The notes under the pieces were generated by a model. That model did not search any database. It saw only the letters and a list, made by a program, of their open reading frames with translations, and was not told the DNA's origin. A stretch of DNA of 64,000 bases, from NCBI GenBank assembly GCA_048013815.1, contig CM106585.1, positions 10,292,001 through 10,356,000 of the forward strand, written 5' to 3'. Each line of letters starts with the position of its first letter. The stretch's first letter is position 1. A program made the translations under genes and the position numbers. The DNA comes from Setoptus koraiensis. Lineage: Eukaryota > Animalia > Arthropoda. Of this stretch, positions 61,350-64,000 are shown piece by piece.

Positions 61350-63607
61350 ATCTGACTTAATCACTGTGCAACCATTCCTTTTATAGTCAACACCCAGAGG
61401 CCAGAAACAAAGCGCTCGCCGGAGACACAGTCAAACAATGGGTGCATATGTAAGATATCGATTGTATGATATTATGTAATCACGTCGGAATAGGAAATTG
61501 CCGAAATGTTGTGGCTGCCCAATGCCGAGGTCCGTGCTCAATGGACAGCGCTCAATGGACAGCGCACAAACGCGGCTTTTGTGTTTGTTTTTCGGCGCGT
61601 CGCCGCGTTTTGTATTATCCGATTCCATTTTGTAGTCTGCTGTAACTTGCATTATGTTTATCATAGCTGGCTGGCATTATTTGTATCCAGCGATGCACGA
61701 CACCTGTTGCTTTGGGTGCAGCTTCGCTCCTTTCCAAATCGGCAACCAATAACGAGACGCAAAAAATTTGCTGCTGCTGCGATCGATTGATCGGCCAGGC
61801 TCATTAGAGCGTACAAGCGAGCGAGCTGGCAGCAACAATGGTTGCGGTCACTGTCTAATTATCCATTTGTTGTTGTTGTTGTTGTTGCTGTCTTGGTCGT
61901 TGTTGTTAGTGATGCTGCCGCTGTTTGTTGTTGGCGTTGTTGCGCAAGCATTTGAGCTTGCAAGGCTCGCTGCCGGATCGGCATTTCTCTCGAGATTCGG
62001 GCCGGCAAGCGAGCTTGCATGTTTTGGCAAGCGAAATTGCGCAATCGCCGCAATGTTGTTGTCGATACGGCCCGCCAATCGATTGGGCTGGCTGGCAAGC
62101 TCACCGGCCCGACCAAACGGCATCCAAACGCCGACCAAGCGGCAACCAAATGGTAGCCGGAAGCGCCAGAGCGCCACATGAGGTGACAATCGACCATTAA
62201 TCAGTTGTTGGTTTGGCCGCTGTGCCACACAGCTATTCGCTATAAGAGATCAGTATGTATTAGGTATTGAATGAATAAAGACCTATAGAAAAAGTATACG
62301 AAAAGGCTTTGCCTAACAAGCACGCTGACTGTCGGGCAACAATGAGCGCGAGGCACGTACTTTTGAACGAGCCAACAATGCTCGCTTGCCATTATCAATT
62401 TGCAGCTAGCGAGCGACGAAACAACTAATTACAAACCCTTTACCCTGTCTGTCGTTGTTTGATGAGAGCGAGCGAGTTGAGTTTTAGATACGATAGAATA
62501 AACATATAAGTAATATAAGAATACAACAGAGCGAGAGAGAGATTTTTCATTATTATCATTATTTTTTTAAGAGAAAATTAATATCGAAATTAGAATTAAA
62601 AACGAAATTACCGTCATTGCGTTTAGTGTGTGTGTGTGTGTGTTGGCAGTGTGTATATTTAGACGCCGACACAATTAAAGATAATGTTGTTTGCCTAGTG
62701 GAACGAGAGAGCCGCCAGCCTGACAGACGACGATCAGTGTGGGAAGGACAAGCCGACGAGCTCAGGTGAGCTGAGTCACTTGAGTTTTGCTGATAGTTTG
62801 CCCGAAACAGCGGCTATTAGTGTTAGCGAGCAGTAGTCTATCACTGACAAGTGAACGCATGAATTCAATTATGCCTATTAGACATTTGTTCGGTTTGTTA
62901 CGTAACAATTGTTGCACCAGTCGCAGCTAGTCAACTAATTTTAGATATCAGATATTAGTCAGATATTAGTTATTAGATATTAGATGTTGGATAGTGGATA
63001 GTGGAGTGAATGTGAGGCTGACAATTGGAATGCAAGAGTGAACGCAAGAGCGAGAGTGGCTCACAACAAGTTGTTGTTCTTGATCGCGCGTCGATTGATC
63101 GCGCCACTCACCTGTTGTGACTCACAACTTGTGAGAGAGAGACAATTCACAATTGAACGAATTGGACAGGTAAACCAGGTATTTGTTGGCCTTTATCTAG
63201 ATGTAACGACTCGTCGTGGAACAATATCAACAAGCAATTAAAAACAATGCTTATCAGTAGCGATAGGTGGTGCTGCTTATAAATAACAACCATGATAATA
63301 GTAATCATGAAAATAATAATAAAGAGTCAATCAACAAACAATTGATTTACATGCGAACTGCACCAAGCGCTCGGCTGCCGCTCAACATTTCGCCCCATTG
63401 CCCCATGCCTTTTGGGCACTTTTGGGCTGTTGACACTGTGGGTTTTTTTGCGCTCTCGGGCCCCTTGCGCTCTCTGAGTGACCGATGTGCGGCAGATGTG
63501 CGTTATCTGCAGGCTCAGTGAGTTAGGTTGTCGCTAGATGTCGCTTCTTTTCACTCGGGTACCACTCGGGTTTCACTCGGGTGGGCCACACCCAGGCGCC
63601 CAGAGGG

Positions 63608-63727
63608 GCGGTCGCTCGTACGGGTCGCTCGTACGGGTCGCTCGTACGGGTCGCTCGCACGGGTCGCTCGTATGGGTCTGTTTTATAATGTACCAACTTC
63701 ATCTGTACTTTATGATTCTTTTATTCG
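63608..63727 (+). repeat. 13 bp tandem array (GGGTCGCTCGTAC x5) followed by copy 2 of the 49 bp repeat
   Basis: Direct reading; one more GGGTCGCTCGTATGGG unit at ~63759-63774. Confidence 0.9.
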
Positions 63728-64000
63728 GTGAGACCCAAGTTCGATGAGTGAGTCAACAGGGTCGCTCGTATGGGCCGCGCGCAGGGGGCGGTGCGGCCGC
63801 GCGGGCAGTAATGAGCGGCTGGCAACTACTAATTAGTAATTAACATTTTAGTTTGTTGGTGCTTGATCGCTCGATTAGATTATGATGATTGGATTCCATT
63901 AGATCTCAATAGAACATTGCGAGTTGATTGGATTTTAATTTTTTGTGTAATGTGCTGCTTGCACTGTGTTTTGTTGTAGCCGTTTCAGAGTGCTCACACC

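Noticed and set aside
50800-64000. Dozens of overlapping 60-260 aa ORFs on both strands
   Set aside because: Low-complexity products of CAA/GT/GCC microsatellites, no domain motifs, many non-ATG starts; not supportable as CDS

Overview
Eukaryotic (animal, most likely compact-genome arthropod/mite-like; taxon is an inference) DNA in three compartments. (1) 1-26.6 kb: dense housekeeping block with few, uniformly short (90-101 bp) GT-AG introns: AMMECR1, DUOXA, an Alba/RPP25-like gene, EXOC6/Sec15, xylulose kinase, UBR3, DDX11, a SERHL/kraken hydrolase and an unusually short anamorsin/Dre2, plus one or two orphan ORFs and a duplicated UBR3 fragment. (2) 32.5-50.8 kb: a nested transposon island built from three copies of a composite repeat, with hAT MITE and transposase remnants, an apparently intact DD41D Tc1/mariner element, Mutator-like transposase pieces, a decayed Ty1/copia, a TA-MITE, a deleted Merlin element, a broken env-like glycoprotein gene, and a miniature LTR element (TRIM) whose LTRs carry a tRNA-like Pol III cassette, seen as full element, solo LTR and probable empty site. 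(3) 26.6-32.5 and 50.8-64 kb: microsatellite-rich non-coding DNA with no supportable CDS but strong enrichment of CTCACCTG/CAGGTGAG. All calls are from reading the sequence; no database searches were run.
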